A stretch of 64,000 bases of DNA from Thermoplasmatota archaeon (lineage in GTDB: Archaea > Thermoplasmatota > E2 > JACPAO01 > JAHFTW01). The DNA lies in contig JBFIHX010000005.1 in assembly GCA_041601615.1 (NCBI GenBank), positions 136,548 through 200,547 on the forward strand, in the 5' to 3' direction. Below the pieces are notes generated by a model. The model was not told where the DNA came from, searched no databases, and saw only the letters and a program-made list of their open reading frames with translations. The position numbers and the translations under genes are program-made. Within the stretch, counting starts at the first letter, position 1, and each line of letters opens with the position of its first letter. Positions 46,697 to 56,703 of this stretch are shown here, piece by piece.

Positions 46697-48049
46697 TTGG
46701 ACTTCGACGTCTTCTTCTCCATCAGCCAAACCCCCGTGCGTGGCCACACCCCCGACGAGGCCACCATGTTTCGCAATTGGCTGGCACAAGTAGAGGCCGC
46801 CGACCGACTCGGGTACGGTGTTGCGTGGCTTGCCGAGAGCCACTTGAGCAGCGAAGTCCAAAAAGACAACAAACACCCCGTCATCCCACACTGGGAAGGC
46901 GAAGTCGGCCTCAACTGCGACTTTCTGCAATCCGCCCAGCTCATCTTCCAGCGTACCGCCACCCTCGCCCAACAGGAACAAAACGCCAGGCTCGCCCCCG
47001 GACGCGCCGGCCCACTGCGCCACGGCCGCATCGAGGCGGGGTCCGCTGTGATGAACATCCTCCAAGGTGGCGGCCCCATCGCAGCAGCCGAACGAATCGC
47101 CTTCTTTGCCACCCTCGCCGCCCTCGACGACCGACCCGGCGGCATGCAGTACAAACCCGATGGATCTCCTCGCCGCATCCACGTAGGCTTCAGCGCCGGC
47201 CGTTTTGACTACATGAACCGCGCCCACGGATACGTCCCCCGCAACGCCGTCGAACACGCCATTCCATACCCATTTCTCAAAGGCAAAATCTTCCACGAAG
47301 CCACAGAAATCTTCTGCCGACTCCTTGCCGGTGAAACGCTCAGCAGCAACGATGTGCCCCACCGCACCATCACCAAAGCCGAATGCCGCACCGAAAACGA
47401 CTGGAACACGATGCACGCCACCGCCGAAGCCAACGGAGCCCTGGAACTTCGCGGCGGCGTCGAACACGTCGTCCTGCCCAAACGCTTCGAATTTGAAGCC
47501 CTCAAAGTCGTCCCGCAACACTGGCGCCGCGACCTCGTGCAACTCGTTGCCGGCAGCCACGACCCCAGCATCGCAACCCTTGCCAACCAATGGATTCCCT
47601 GCCAAGTTGCCAACCTCAGCATCACGCCCCCCGAGGTCATCGAGCGCACCCACAAACACATGGCAAACATCTACCACAAGGACGGCGGACCCTGGCAGCG
47701 GCCCATGATGCCCAGGACCGTTATGGTGTTTCTCAACGAAGAGCCGGGCCTCACCCCCGAAGAGCGGAGACTCGCGGCCCAGGGCGAAGCAAAAGAAGCG
47801 CTCGCCGCGTACTGGAACGCCCTCACAGGCACACTGGACCCCGCTAAAATCGAGAACGCCGCCGAAAACGCGGTGGTTGGCAACGCCGAGGATGTGGCCG
47901 CGCAGATTCGCGAGCGATTCCACCCCGACGATCGACTGATGCTCTGGTTCGATTTTTTCAACCACGACTCGGACCGCGTGGTGCGGAATATGGAGGCGTT
48001 TGCAGAGTTGGTGGTGCCCAAACTGAACGCTCGGACACTGTTCGAATGA
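46697..48049 (+). CDS. Luciferase-like (LLM class) flavin-dependent oxidoreductase
   Basis: AADRLGYGVAWLAESH, AVVGNAEDVAAQI, MEAFAELVVPKL. Confidence 0.88.
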   Translation: MDFDVFFSISQTPVRGHTPDEATMFRNWLAQVEAADRLGYGVAWLAESHLSSEVQKDNKHPVIPHWEGEVGLNCDFLQSAQLIFQRTATLAQQEQNARLAPGRAGPLRHGRIEAGSAVMNILQGGGPIAAAERIAFFATLAALDDRPGGMQYKPDGSPRRIHVGFSAGRFDYMNRAHGYVPRNAVEHAIPYPFLKGKIFHEATEIFCRLLAGETLSSNDVPHRTITKAECRTENDWNTMHATAEANGALELRGGVEHVVLPKRFEFEALKVVPQHWRRDLVQLVAGSHDPSIATLANQWIPCQVANLSITPPEVIERTHKHMANIYHKDGGPWQRPMMPRTVMVFLNEEPGLTPEERRLAAQGEAKEALAAYWNALTGTLDPAKIENAAENAVVGNAEDVAAQIRERFHPDDRLMLWFDFFNHDSDRVVRNMEAFAELVVPKLNARTLFE

Positions 48050-48525
48050 CCACCTTCCAAACCACCCACAGCATCAACGCTCCCGTCGCCGCCGTCTGGA
48101 ACCTCATCGGCACCAACTTTGGAGATCTTGCTGCATGGGCGCCCATGTTCGTTTCCGCCTCGTACCTCGTGGAAGAAACGCCCGCCGTCGGCGGCCACCG
48201 AGTCTGCCAACTGCCTCGGCCTGTTGCCGGCATGACCCACATCGAAGAGGAAATCATCGGTTGGGAGGAGGGTCGCCGCATCGAATACCGCGTCCTCCAG
48301 CCGCCCAAAGGAGTGCTTCGGATGAAGAACGAATGGATCATCAAAGCCGATGGGGGACGGACTCTCATCACCCTTCGACCGACGTTTGATTTGGCGCCGC
48401 CGCTGGCGGGATTCAAAGCGTGGATGGGCTGGCGCCTGCAATTCAAACCGTTGATTCGAAAGGCGATGAAAGCGTTGGAAAAGGCGGCGCGGCGGCAAAT
48501 GGCCACCCTCGAAGCGCCCTTGTAG
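48046..48525 (+). CDS. SRPBCC (START/Bet v1-like) family protein
   Basis: INAPVAAVWNLI...W.P...VGGHRVC...EEIIGWEEGRRIEY. Confidence 0.88.
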   Translation: MTTFQTTHSINAPVAAVWNLIGTNFGDLAAWAPMFVSASYLVEETPAVGGHRVCQLPRPVAGMTHIEEEIIGWEEGRRIEYRVLQPPKGVLRMKNEWIIKADGGRTLITLRPTFDLAPPLAGFKAWMGWRLQFKPLIRKAMKALEKAARRQMATLEAPL

Positions 48526-48560
48526 GAGCATTTTAGAATTCAAACGACCACTGTACTTTC

Positions 48561-48764
48561 GTGGACTTCGATGTTTTCGTCTACCAAGACGAGTCCGGGG
48601 CGTTCATCGCCCGCGTCCCCGCAATTGCCGGCTGCCACTCCTGGGGAAACACCAAGGCGGAAGCCTTGGAACACGTCCGCGACGCAATCGGATTGGCGCT
48701 CGCCGATGAAGAGCCGCTTCAGTTGCACCGAATCGGCATCGAAACGGTAAGCGTCGGCGCTTGA
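48561..48764 (+). CDS. hicB: HicB-family antitoxin (short form)
   Basis: ARVPAIAGCHSWGNTKAEALEHVRDAI. Confidence 0.88.
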   Translation: MDFDVFVYQDESGAFIARVPAIAGCHSWGNTKAEALEHVRDAIGLALADEEPLQLHRIGIETVSVGA

Positions 48765-48980
48765 TTGGTTCCAAAACTCCCACGCATCGGCTACCGGAAA
48801 GTGGAAAAGACTCTTCGAAGCCACGGCTTCGAGTTGATTCGGCAATCAGGCAGCCATGCGCGATGGCGACACCCGGATGGCCGAGTCACAACCGTCCCTC
48901 GGCACTCCGGAACGACGCTACCTCCCGGCACCTTGAAGGCGATTTTGACCGACGCGGGACTCAGCATGGATGACCTTTGA
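48765..48980 (+). CDS. hicA: HicA-family mRNA interferase toxin
   Basis: HGFELIRQSGSH...TTVPRH...LPPGTLKAIL. Confidence 0.92.
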   Translation: MVPKLPRIGYRKVEKTLRSHGFELIRQSGSHARWRHPDGRVTTVPRHSGTTLPPGTLKAILTDAGLSMDDL

Positions 48981-50155
48981 CGGGTTCGAATCTGACCCAA
49001 CCCCTTCAAGCCAACCTCCCATGCCCGCCCGTGGACGCCTCCGCGCACACGGTCCCAGGCCCCGGCTCCGACCAATACCCTCGCAGTCCGCTTGGCGAAT
49101 CTGAACCGGGCATTCCCACGGGCCGCGACGTAGAATGGGAGCCACTGGTGGACTACCGTCGTTTTGGCGTCTCTGAGACCACCATTCATGGCGCGGTGGC
49201 CTGGGCGACGGGCGATGGCGTGTTCCATAGCTTTGGCGGCAATGTGCTTTGCTACGGCCGCTCGATGATGAAGCCCTTGATGATGAAGGTCTTCACCAAC
49301 GTCCTGAAGGATTGCACCTGGGAGCAGAAGGCGATCAGTGTCGCAAGCCACAACGGCGACGTAACACACGTGGCCGCCGCCCAAAGCCTGCTGGACGAGA
49401 CGGAATGGGGCTTGATGCAGACGCCGCTGGACGTGCCGCTCGTGCAATTTGGCCGACAAGTGCGCCGGCCGCGCCGCTGGTACCACACATGCTCCGGCGA
49501 ACACTCCGCCATTGTGCGCGGCTGCAAGGAGCGCGGCTGGCCCCGTATCGGCTACCTGTTGCCCCAACACGCTTGGTTCCAGGAATACATGGATCTCGTC
49601 CGCGAACGCCTGAGCACCGATGGCTCCTGGCAGCCGGCTCGCGTGGCCCGGGATGGCTGCGGACTCCCGACGCTCAGCAACACCGTCGGTGAACTCGCCG
49701 TGCTGTACGCTGGCCTCGCCCGCGACCGCGACGAAGACTGGATCTGGGAAGCAATGGTGCGCGAACCGGACCTCGTCGGGGGCTTCAATCGCCTCGACAC
49801 AACCATCATCAAATCCTGCGACGGAAAGGTCATCGCCAAGGAAGGCGCCGACGGACTCCTGGGGCTCTCCATCGTCCACCCGGACTACCCCAAAGGCCTC
49901 GGCGTCGTCATCAAAATCGCCCACGGCTGGAACCCGCAAGCCACCTGGTACATCGCCCGCAGCATCCTCGGCGTCCTTGGCTTCGAGCTTCGCAACCCGT
50001 ACAAACTGCACCGCCAGAAGGCGTTCGTGGTGCCCGGCGTCGTGCCTCCGGACCAACTCGGAGCCTTGGAAGCCGTGCCCACCTGGGACGAATGGGACCC
50101 AGACATGGATCGCTGGTACTACGATTGGAAACAATACACGGAGGAACAACCGTGA
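48977..50155 (+). CDS. L-asparaginase II (Rhizobium AnsA type)-like amidohydrolase
   Basis: RSMMKP, ASHNG, TCSGEH, DGCG, AKEGADG. Confidence 0.82.
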   Translation: MTGSNLTQPLQANLPCPPVDASAHTVPGPGSDQYPRSPLGESEPGIPTGRDVEWEPLVDYRRFGVSETTIHGAVAWATGDGVFHSFGGNVLCYGRSMMKPLMMKVFTNVLKDCTWEQKAISVASHNGDVTHVAAAQSLLDETEWGLMQTPLDVPLVQFGRQVRRPRRWYHTCSGEHSAIVRGCKERGWPRIGYLLPQHAWFQEYMDLVRERLSTDGSWQPARVARDGCGLPTLSNTVGELAVLYAGLARDRDEDWIWEAMVREPDLVGGFNRLDTTIIKSCDGKVIAKEGADGLLGLSIVHPDYPKGLGVVIKIAHGWNPQATWYIARSILGVLGFELRNPYKLHRQKAFVVPGVVPPDQLGALEAVPTWDEWDPDMDRWYYDWKQYTEEQP

Positions 50156-51579
50156 CGGACTTGATTCTGAACTTCATCGCCGGTCGACCTGTGCCAGCGG
50201 CCAGCGGCAAGACCCTCCCTGACGTAGACCCCGCCACCGGCCAGGTCATTGCAGAGATTCCCCGCAGCAACGCCGACGACGTGGCCGCCGCTGTTGCCGC
50301 AGCCAAGGCCGCCCAACCTGCCTGGGCTGCCCGCAGCATCGAAGACCGGTGTGCCGTTTTGCACCGCATCGCCGACGGGCTCGAAGCGGAACTCGAAGCC
50401 CTCGCGGTCTTGGAAACCCGCGACTCCGGCAAACCGATCACCACCAGCCGCACCGTGGACATTCCTCGCGCCGTGCGCAACTTCCGCTTCTTTGCCGACT
50501 TTGCCCGCGATTTTCGCGACGAGGAGCACGCCATGCCGGACGGCGGTCACAACGTCACCCACCGCCGGCCTGTTGGCATCGTGGGGCTCATCACGCCCTG
50601 GAATCTGCCCCTGTACTTGTTGAGCTGGAAAGTGGCGCCCGCGCTCGCCATGGGCAACGCCATTGTCGCCAAACCCAGCGAAATGACGCCCGCGACGGCT
50701 TCCGCGCTTGCTCGCATCGCCAAGGATGCCGGCCTGCCTGATGGTCTGCTGAACATCGTCCACGGCCTTGGCCCCGAAGCGGGGCAAGCGATTCTTGAGC
50801 ACCCAGAAATTGGCGCCATCAGCTTCACGGGCGGCACGGCTACCGGCCGGCACGTCGCTGCCACCGCAGCACCCTTGTTCAAGAAACTGAGCTTGGAACT
50901 GGGAGGCAAAAACCCCACCATGATTTTTGCCGACTGTGACATCGAAACCGCCGTGGCGGGAGCCACGAAAGCGGGCTTCACCAACACCGGCCAAGTATGC
51001 CTTTGCGGCAGCCGCATCCTCGTTGAAGCGCCGCTGTATGATGCCTTTGTGGTCGCCTTGCGCGACCGTGTGGCAGATATGAACGTGGGCGACCCCACGG
51101 ACCCCGAAACCCAGCTTGGCGCCCTCATCAGCGAGGCGCACCGGGAGAAAGTAGAATCCTACATCCAGATCGCACGCGCCGAAGGCACCGTCACCGGCGG
51201 CGAACACCTGCACGGCCCAGGTGCGTACCTCACGCCCGCCGTCATCACCGACGTAGGGCAGGACAGTCGATGCGTGCAAGAGGAAATCTTTGGCCCCGTG
51301 GTCACCGTCCAACCGTTCTCGAACGAGGCGGAAGCAGTTCGCTTGGCCAACGACATTCCCTACGGACTTTCTGCCAGCGTTTGGACTCCGGACGCGGACA
51401 AGGCGCAGCGCGTTGCACAAGCGCTTGATGTGGGCATGGTCTGGATCAACGACTGGCTCGTGCGCGACCTCCGCGTGCCGTTTGGCGGCGTCAAGCAGAG
51501 CGGTGTTGGGCGCGAGGGTGGAAAATGGTCGTTGGAGTTCTTCAGCGAGGCGATGAACATCTACCAGTCGCCCGCCTAG
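50152..51579 (+). CDS. amnC: Aldehyde dehydrogenase, 2-aminomuconate/2-hydroxymuconate semialdehyde dehydrogenase type
   Basis: VDIPRA..NFRFFA, PWNLPLYLLSWK, ELGGKNP, GQVCLCGSR, WLVRDLRVPFGG. Confidence 0.85.
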   Translation: MTDLILNFIAGRPVPAASGKTLPDVDPATGQVIAEIPRSNADDVAAAVAAAKAAQPAWAARSIEDRCAVLHRIADGLEAELEALAVLETRDSGKPITTSRTVDIPRAVRNFRFFADFARDFRDEEHAMPDGGHNVTHRRPVGIVGLITPWNLPLYLLSWKVAPALAMGNAIVAKPSEMTPATASALARIAKDAGLPDGLLNIVHGLGPEAGQAILEHPEIGAISFTGGTATGRHVAATAAPLFKKLSLELGGKNPTMIFADCDIETAVAGATKAGFTNTGQVCLCGSRILVEAPLYDAFVVALRDRVADMNVGDPTDPETQLGALISEAHREKVESYIQIARAEGTVTGGEHLHGPGAYLTPAVITDVGQDSRCVQEEIFGPVVTVQPFSNEAEAVRLANDIPYGLSASVWTPDADKAQRVAQALDVGMVWINDWLVRDLRVPFGGVKQSGVGREGGKWSLEFFSEAMNIYQSPA

Positions 51580-51598
51580 CCCCAGGAATCGGCTGAGC

Positions 51599-52432
51599 CT
51601 ACATGGACCAAAGCTGGATGTCGCCCACCTGAACCCGAGCGATGAGGTCCACTGGCACGCCGCCGTCCGTGTGGCCCCGGACGTATTCGCCCGGCATGTC
51701 CGTATTGCGGTCGTCCAGGTCAAATCCCGGGATTGCGACCTCGATTCCACCCACCTGCACCTTCGCTTCGATGGTGTATGCGGGTCCTTTCGGAAGCGCC
51801 ACCAGCAAGTTTCCCACCTGGACATGGGCCTCGATTTGGCTGGATTGGAGCGTGCCGAATCGAACCTCCGCGTCGCCGACACCGAGGCTCCAGGATTGGC
51901 TGCCCGCGCCCGCGAGTCCCGTTGCCATGAGTGTGCCCTGTCCAAGCGACACGTCATAGGATTGCGCAACACCCGCGGGCACGAGCACCACCACGTAGAC
52001 CTGTGCCTCGTCGGAGTTGATCCAGTGGCTGCTGCGGCCGTGTGCCGTTTCCGCGAGCATCAACTGCGTTCCATCGCGCCGCAGCACAACATTCGTGCGG
52101 TCTTCGAGGTCATGCAAGCCGCTTCCGGGGGACCGAATGGAGACCTGGATGTCGATGGTCTCTTTTTCGTGCGGACGGATTACGACCGAACCAGCCACGA
52201 TGCAGATGTGCAACCCTTCGCCGGGTTGGGTCCGGAAATCCAGGGTACGCTCCGTGGCACTTGTGCGCGAAACACCAGGTGCAACATCGAATGCGTCGGG
52301 AGCGTCGCAGGACTCGTTGGAAAATGATCCAATGAATTCGGGAAACAGCACAGGGCCAAGCGCGGTGGTGGACGCAAGCACCAACCCGATGAGGCTGCTG
52401 ATGAGGAAGGCTCGGCTGCCAAAATAGCCCAT
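51599..52432 (-). CDS. DUF4097/adhesin-like beta-strand repeat membrane protein
   Basis: N-terminal TM; repeated VQVGxI motifs. Confidence 0.75.
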   Translation of the reverse strand: MGYFGSRAFLISSLIGLVLASTTALGPVLFPEFIGSFSNESCDAPDAFDVAPGVSRTSATERTLDFRTQPGEGLHICIVAGSVVIRPHEKETIDIQVSIRSPGSGLHDLEDRTNVVLRRDGTQLMLAETAHGRSSHWINSDEAQVYVVVLVPAGVAQSYDVSLGQGTLMATGLAGAGSQSWSLGVGDAEVRFGTLQSSQIEAHVQVGNLLVALPKGPAYTIEAKVQVGGIEVAIPGFDLDDRNTDMPGEYVRGHTDGGVPVDLIARVQVGDIQLWSM

Positions 52433-52662
52433 CAGCGCACCCCGGCTCGAACAGTTTCCACGATGCGGGTTGCGGTTGCACCAGCTTCGCGGCTGGCGAC
52501 CAGTGTTTGGCTTCGAAGCTCGTGAAGGACCTCCATTGGGTCAGCGCCAGAGTTGGCAGATGCCTGTGCGGCATCCCGGGCGATGCGACCACGGTACACC
52601 AGCCAACCGCAACCAACGGAGGTGGCAAACAAACCGAGCGCGAGCAGGATGTCTAGGTGCAC
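52432..52662 (-). CDS. Small single-TM coiled-coil protein
   Basis: GGAGGTG SD before GTG at 52662; TM followed by a helical tail. Confidence 0.65.
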   Translation of the reverse strand: MHLDILLALGLFATSVGCGWLVYRGRIARDAAQASANSGADPMEVLHELRSQTLVASREAGATATRIVETVRAGVR

Positions 52663-52663
52663 G

Positions 52664-52897
52664 CTACACCTCCTGCAACAACCTCTGCACATCGGCAAGG
52701 TTGGCTGCGAGCCTGCGGGTTTCCTCAAGCAGCTCCTTCTGGCCAGCAATTGCTTCCTCGGCGAGCTTCTGGAATTCGGAGTTGGGGCTGGACTGTGCTT
52801 GGGCTCGTGCTGTGAGGTGGTTGGTGATGAGCCACAAGGCGCCGAAAATGAGGGCCATTCCGGCCAGGGGCACGAGGATATCGAGCTCGCCGCTCAT
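52664..52897 (-). CDS. Small single-TM coiled-coil protein
   Basis: TM followed by EFQKLAEEA...VQRLLQEV; ATGA overlap with the regulator gene. Confidence 0.75.
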   Translation of the reverse strand: MSGELDILVPLAGMALIFGALWLITNHLTARAQAQSSPNSEFQKLAEEAIAGQKELLEETRRLAANLADVQRLLQEV

Positions 52898-53187
52898 GCG
52901 TCGGCCTCCACGGCTTTGGCGATGCGTTCGGGGTCCAGGTTCAGTTGGAAGGGTTTGATTTCGAAGTATTTCATGGCGTTTCCTCCTTGGAGTTCCATCT
53001 TTCCCTTGATGAGTCCGGCCGCTTCCAGCTTATCCAAGTGCATGTACAGCAGGGGGCGGCTGATGCCGACGCGGCGTGCCAATTCGCTCACGTGCAACCG
53101 TTCGCGGTGCAAGGCCGCAAGGATGCGCATCCGGTGGAGATTGTCCAGGGCGGAGAGCGTGGTCAGCAGGGCGTCGAGGTTCTTCAT
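52894..53187 (-). CDS. ArsR-family winged-HTH regulator
   Basis: ALDNLHRMRIL...HVSELARRVGISRPLLYMHLDKLEAAGLI. Confidence 0.9.
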   Translation of the reverse strand: MKNLDALLTTLSALDNLHRMRILAALHRERLHVSELARRVGISRPLLYMHLDKLEAAGLIKGKMELQGGNAMKYFEIKPFQLNLDPERIAKAVEADA

Positions 53188-53227
53188 GGGGCATCGGGGG
53201 AACCCGTGTGATGGGGTGTAAGTTCCA

Positions 53228-53243
53228 TATGACAGGTGTCATA
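53228..53243. promoter_or_regulatory. Inverted-repeat operator TATGACA-GG-TGTCATA
   Basis: Perfect 7-bp arms about 40 bp upstream of the ArsR gene. Confidence 0.65.
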
Positions 53244-53376
53244 GAAAAATATAATCCCTCGGCCAAAACCCTCGCGCCGCACGCAAAAATCGGCGGGCCT
53301 CTCGAAGAGCCCGCAGCCGAAGTTGGGTCCGTTTTCAGTCCCAACCCTCAAACCCCGTGCCCGCCCTCGCCGCACC

Positions 53377-54300
53377 GTGTCCAAGGGTCAGATTGTGGCT
53401 GGTTGTCTTGCCCCACACCCGCCGCACCTCGTGTACGCCGAGAACCCGCCCCAGAACGAACCCCGCAGCGAGGGCGGCTGGGAAACCATCCGCTGGGGCT
53501 ACGAGCGCATGCGCCACAGCCTCGCCCGCGCCGGCCGCGACATCGACGTCATCCTCGTCCACAGCCCCCACTGGCGCACCCGCGTCGGACACCATTTCCT
53601 GGGCATCCCCGAATTCAAGAACCTCAGCGTCGACCCGATCTTCCCGAACCTGTTCCGGTTCCAAGCAGACTTCAAAGTGGACGTGGAACTCGCCGAGGAA
53701 ATCGCCATGCGCGGCGCCGACAAGGGCCTCGTGACGAAGATGATGCGCAATCCCGACTTCCGCGTCGACTACGGAACCATCGCCGCCTGCCAAATGGTGC
53801 GCCCCGAATGGGACGTGCCCATCGTCGGCATCAGCAGCGCCAACGTCTACAACGACTACAGCAACGAAGTGGGCCAAGCCCAACAACGGGCGCTTGGAGA
53901 GGCGACCCGCGAAGCCATCGAAGACTCGGGAAAACGGGCGCTTCTGCTTGCCAGCAACAGCATCAGCCACCGCCACTTCACCCGTGAACCCGCCGTGCCC
54001 GAGGACATGAGCCACGAGCACATCTACCACCACGGCCAGTACCAATGGGACATGCACGCCATTCGCCTCATGCGCGACGGCAAGGCCAAGCAGTTGTTTG
54101 ACGAATTGCCAGATCTCATCGACCAAGCTACGAGCGAAGCCGACGCCGGATGCCTAAGCTGGCTCCTGTCTGCGCTCGGGTTCCCCGACTACCCCGCCGA
54201 GTTGCACGGGTACGGCACCGTAATCGGGACCGGGAATGCGGTTGTGGAGTGGGATCCCAATCCCGACACTCGTCAGGTCACCAGGAGGACGACCACATGA
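53377..54300 (+). CDS. amnB: 2-aminophenol 1,6-dioxygenase beta (catalytic) subunit
   Basis: HPPHLVYAENPPQNEPRSEGGWE, HSPHW, VDPIFP, DYGT, SHRHF and YGTVIGTGNAVVEW match the AmnB/CnbCb pattern. Confidence 0.9.
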   Translation: MSKGQIVAGCLAPHPPHLVYAENPPQNEPRSEGGWETIRWGYERMRHSLARAGRDIDVILVHSPHWRTRVGHHFLGIPEFKNLSVDPIFPNLFRFQADFKVDVELAEEIAMRGADKGLVTKMMRNPDFRVDYGTIAACQMVRPEWDVPIVGISSANVYNDYSNEVGQAQQRALGEATREAIEDSGKRALLLASNSISHRHFTREPAVPEDMSHEHIYHHGQYQWDMHAIRLMRDGKAKQLFDELPDLIDQATSEADAGCLSWLLSALGFPDYPAELHGYGTVIGTGNAVVEWDPNPDTRQVTRRTTT

Positions 54301-55712
54301 GCACGGGCGTCATCGCCGGGTTCGTTGTCCCCGGCTACCCCCACCCCCTCCTTGCCCGCGACCAAAACCCGGGCTACGGCCGCATCGCCGCCGCCTACGA
54401 CACGGTCCGCCGCGAAATCGAGGCACTTTCACCGGACCTGATTCTCCTGTACAGCACCCAGTGGCTCTCGGTCATCGGCCACCAAGTGCAAGCGGACCCG
54501 GAGCCGGTCTGGACCCATGTGGACCAAGAATGGCACGAGCTGGGCTCGATTCCGTACAAGTTCCGCATGGACGCGGACTTCGGCGCCACCTACGTCGAAG
54601 CGGGACATGCCCGGGGCTTGGAAATGCGCACCGTCGCGTACCACGGCTTCCCCATCGACACCGGCAGCGTCGTCGCCCTGAAGCTCCTGAATCCAGACAA
54701 CAAGTTCCCCGCCTCGATCGTGAGCTGCAACATGTACGCCGACCGCGCCGAGACCCTGGTGCTTGGCAAGGCCGCCCTCGACGCAATTCGGACTTCGGGC
54801 AAGCGCGTCGTGGCCATCGCCGTCACTGCCCTCTCCAACCGCGTCCTCACCAGCGTCGTGCCGTTCGAATCGGACCGCATCCACAGCCAAAAGGATGACG
54901 AGTGGAACCGCAAGTACCTCGAAATTCTTGGCGGCGGGCGGCTCGAAGACGCCGCGCAACTGGCCCGCACGTTTACAGCCCAAGCAGCCGGCGACCAGCG
55001 CATGAAGGCGATTTGGTGGCTCAATACCCTCATGGGCCAAACCAACCAACTCACCGGGACCGTCCACGCCTATGAGCCCATCTACGGGACCGGAGCCGCT
55101 GTGCTGAGCCTCGTGCCCGCCCCCGCCGACACCGGGGAAGTGGAGTTCGATGAGGACGACGCAGAAGTCTACGGCGGCGACCGCAACGTCTTGGGAGGCG
55201 CGAATGTGTTTGAGGACCCAGACGGCCCCGTGCCGGTAGCTCCCGCGACGGCCGCCGCCCCGGTCAAAGCCCCGTCTCCCCCCGCATCGGGTGTTGTCGT
55301 GGCAGGCTCTGCCCCCAAACCCGTCGGTGCCTACCCCCACGCCCGCCGCGTCGGCGACACGCTCTACCTCTCCGGCCTCGGCCCCCGCGACCCCCGCGAC
55401 AACAGTGTCCCCGGCGGTCCCGTCTGGAACGAGGCGGGCGAGCGCCAAGACTATGACATCCGCGCCCAGACCGAGGCCGTGATTTCCAATATGAAACTGG
55501 TGCTCGCCGAATCGGGTGCCAGCATCGACGACGTGGTCGATGTCACTTGCTACCTCATCGACATGGAGCGCGACTTTGCCGGCTTCAACGAGGTCTACGC
55601 CAAGCACTTCGGGCCCGTGCAGGCGACGCGCACGACGTTGGAAATCAATCGGTTGCCGACTCCGATTGCGGTGGAGTTCAAGGTTATGGCCGCAGCGCCG
55701 AGGGCTGCATGA
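54297..55712 (+). CDS. amnA: Fusion of 2-aminophenol 1,6-dioxygenase alpha subunit and RidA-family 2-aminomuconate deaminase
   Basis: N-terminal: FVVPG.PHP, YSTQW, GFPIDTG, DDEWN, YGTGAAV. Acidic/Pro-Ala linker. C-terminal: PKPVGAYPHARRVG...ATRTTLEI..LPTPIAVEFK. Confidence 0.87.
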   Translation: MSTGVIAGFVVPGYPHPLLARDQNPGYGRIAAAYDTVRREIEALSPDLILLYSTQWLSVIGHQVQADPEPVWTHVDQEWHELGSIPYKFRMDADFGATYVEAGHARGLEMRTVAYHGFPIDTGSVVALKLLNPDNKFPASIVSCNMYADRAETLVLGKAALDAIRTSGKRVVAIAVTALSNRVLTSVVPFESDRIHSQKDDEWNRKYLEILGGGRLEDAAQLARTFTAQAAGDQRMKAIWWLNTLMGQTNQLTGTVHAYEPIYGTGAAVLSLVPAPADTGEVEFDEDDAEVYGGDRNVLGGANVFEDPDGPVPVAPATAAAPVKAPSPPASGVVVAGSAPKPVGAYPHARRVGDTLYLSGLGPRDPRDNSVPGGPVWNEAGERQDYDIRAQTEAVISNMKLVLAESGASIDDVVDVTCYLIDMERDFAGFNEVYAKHFGPVQATRTTLEINRLPTPIAVEFKVMAAAPRAA

Positions 55713-56332
55713 TGCTCATCGACATATCTCCGCCCATCCACCCCGGCATCCGCGTCTGGCCCGGCGACGTTCCGTTCCAATCCGCGAAATCCCTCGACAT
55801 CAACGACGGGGAACACTTGGACTTGGGCTCCATGCACACCACGTACCACGTCGGGGCACACACAGACGCGCACCGGCACTACGAGAAGGGGGCGGCAGAC
55901 GCGGCCTCGATGCCGTTGGAGCCGTACTATGGGCCTTGCCAGGTCATCGAGGTGCGGGCCAAGCGAGGTGAGCGCTACGGCCTCATGGATCTTGCAAGCA
56001 AAATTACCTCCACGCGGGTGCTCCTGAAGACTGGCACCTTCGACGGGCACGAAGCCTGGAACACGGACTTTGCAGCACCGGAGCCGGAACTGATCGATGC
56101 GCTGGCTTCTCGCGGGGTGGTGCTCGTGGGATTCGATACGCCGAGCACGGACCTGTTCGAGTCCAAGGATCTGGCAGCACACAAGCGCTTGGCGGCGACG
56201 AACATGGTGAACCTGGAAGGGCTTGTGTTGGACGACGTGGCGCCCGGAACGTACACGCTCATCGCGCTGCCCTTGCCGCTGGTGGATGCGGATGCGAGTC
56301 CGGTGCGAGCGGTGCTCGTTGCACCTGAGTAG
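55709..56332 (+). CDS. kynB: Cyclase family / kynurenine formamidase
   Basis: DISPPI, VWPGD, HVGAHTDAHRH, GFDTPSTD, LEGL, DADASPVRAVL. Confidence 0.85.
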   Translation: MMLIDISPPIHPGIRVWPGDVPFQSAKSLDINDGEHLDLGSMHTTYHVGAHTDAHRHYEKGAADAASMPLEPYYGPCQVIEVRAKRGERYGLMDLASKITSTRVLLKTGTFDGHEAWNTDFAAPEPELIDALASRGVVLVGFDTPSTDLFESKDLAAHKRLAATNMVNLEGLVLDDVAPGTYTLIALPLPLVDADASPVRAVLVAPE

Positions 56333-56337
56333 CCTGG

Positions 56338-56700
56338 TTATCGACGCGCTTTTTGCCCCTTCGGCGGAAACCACTTGTCATATTCATCGTGGTCCACGAG
56401 GTCGAGCATGACGATGTCGCGGCCCTCGATGGTGTAGAAGGCGCGCACGTCGCCCTTGAGGTCGATGCAGTACAGGTTCGTGAGCCCGTATTCGGCTACG
56501 AAGTAGGCTGGAATGTCGGGTCGTGGAATCACCTCGCCCCACTGACCATCCAGTTTTATGCGCCCAATTGCCACTTGGAGGCGCTTCCAGATTCCTTGCT
56601 GCGGCTTGGTTCCTGCGCTTGCTGCCGTTTCCAATGCGTCATAGCTTGGTTGCCTGCGCGGATGGACGAAGACGGCGGTGGGCCGAAACGGCGGCGGCAT
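56338..56700 (-). CDS. RelE/ParE-like toxin (archaeal type)
   Basis: YGLTNLYCIDL...RAFYTI...LDLVDHDEYDKWF pattern; downstream of a small HTH gene. Confidence 0.6.
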   Translation of the reverse strand: MPPPFRPTAVFVHPRRQPSYDALETAASAGTKPQQGIWKRLQVAIGRIKLDGQWGEVIPRPDIPAYFVAEYGLTNLYCIDLKGDVRAFYTIEGRDIVMLDLVDHDEYDKWFPPKGQKARR

Positions 56701-56703
56701 GAA

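Noticed and set aside
46697-48580. LLM and HicB proteins both start MDFDVF
   Set aside because: Only about 18 nt of similarity, and it fits the normal first beta-strand of each family; likely coincidence.
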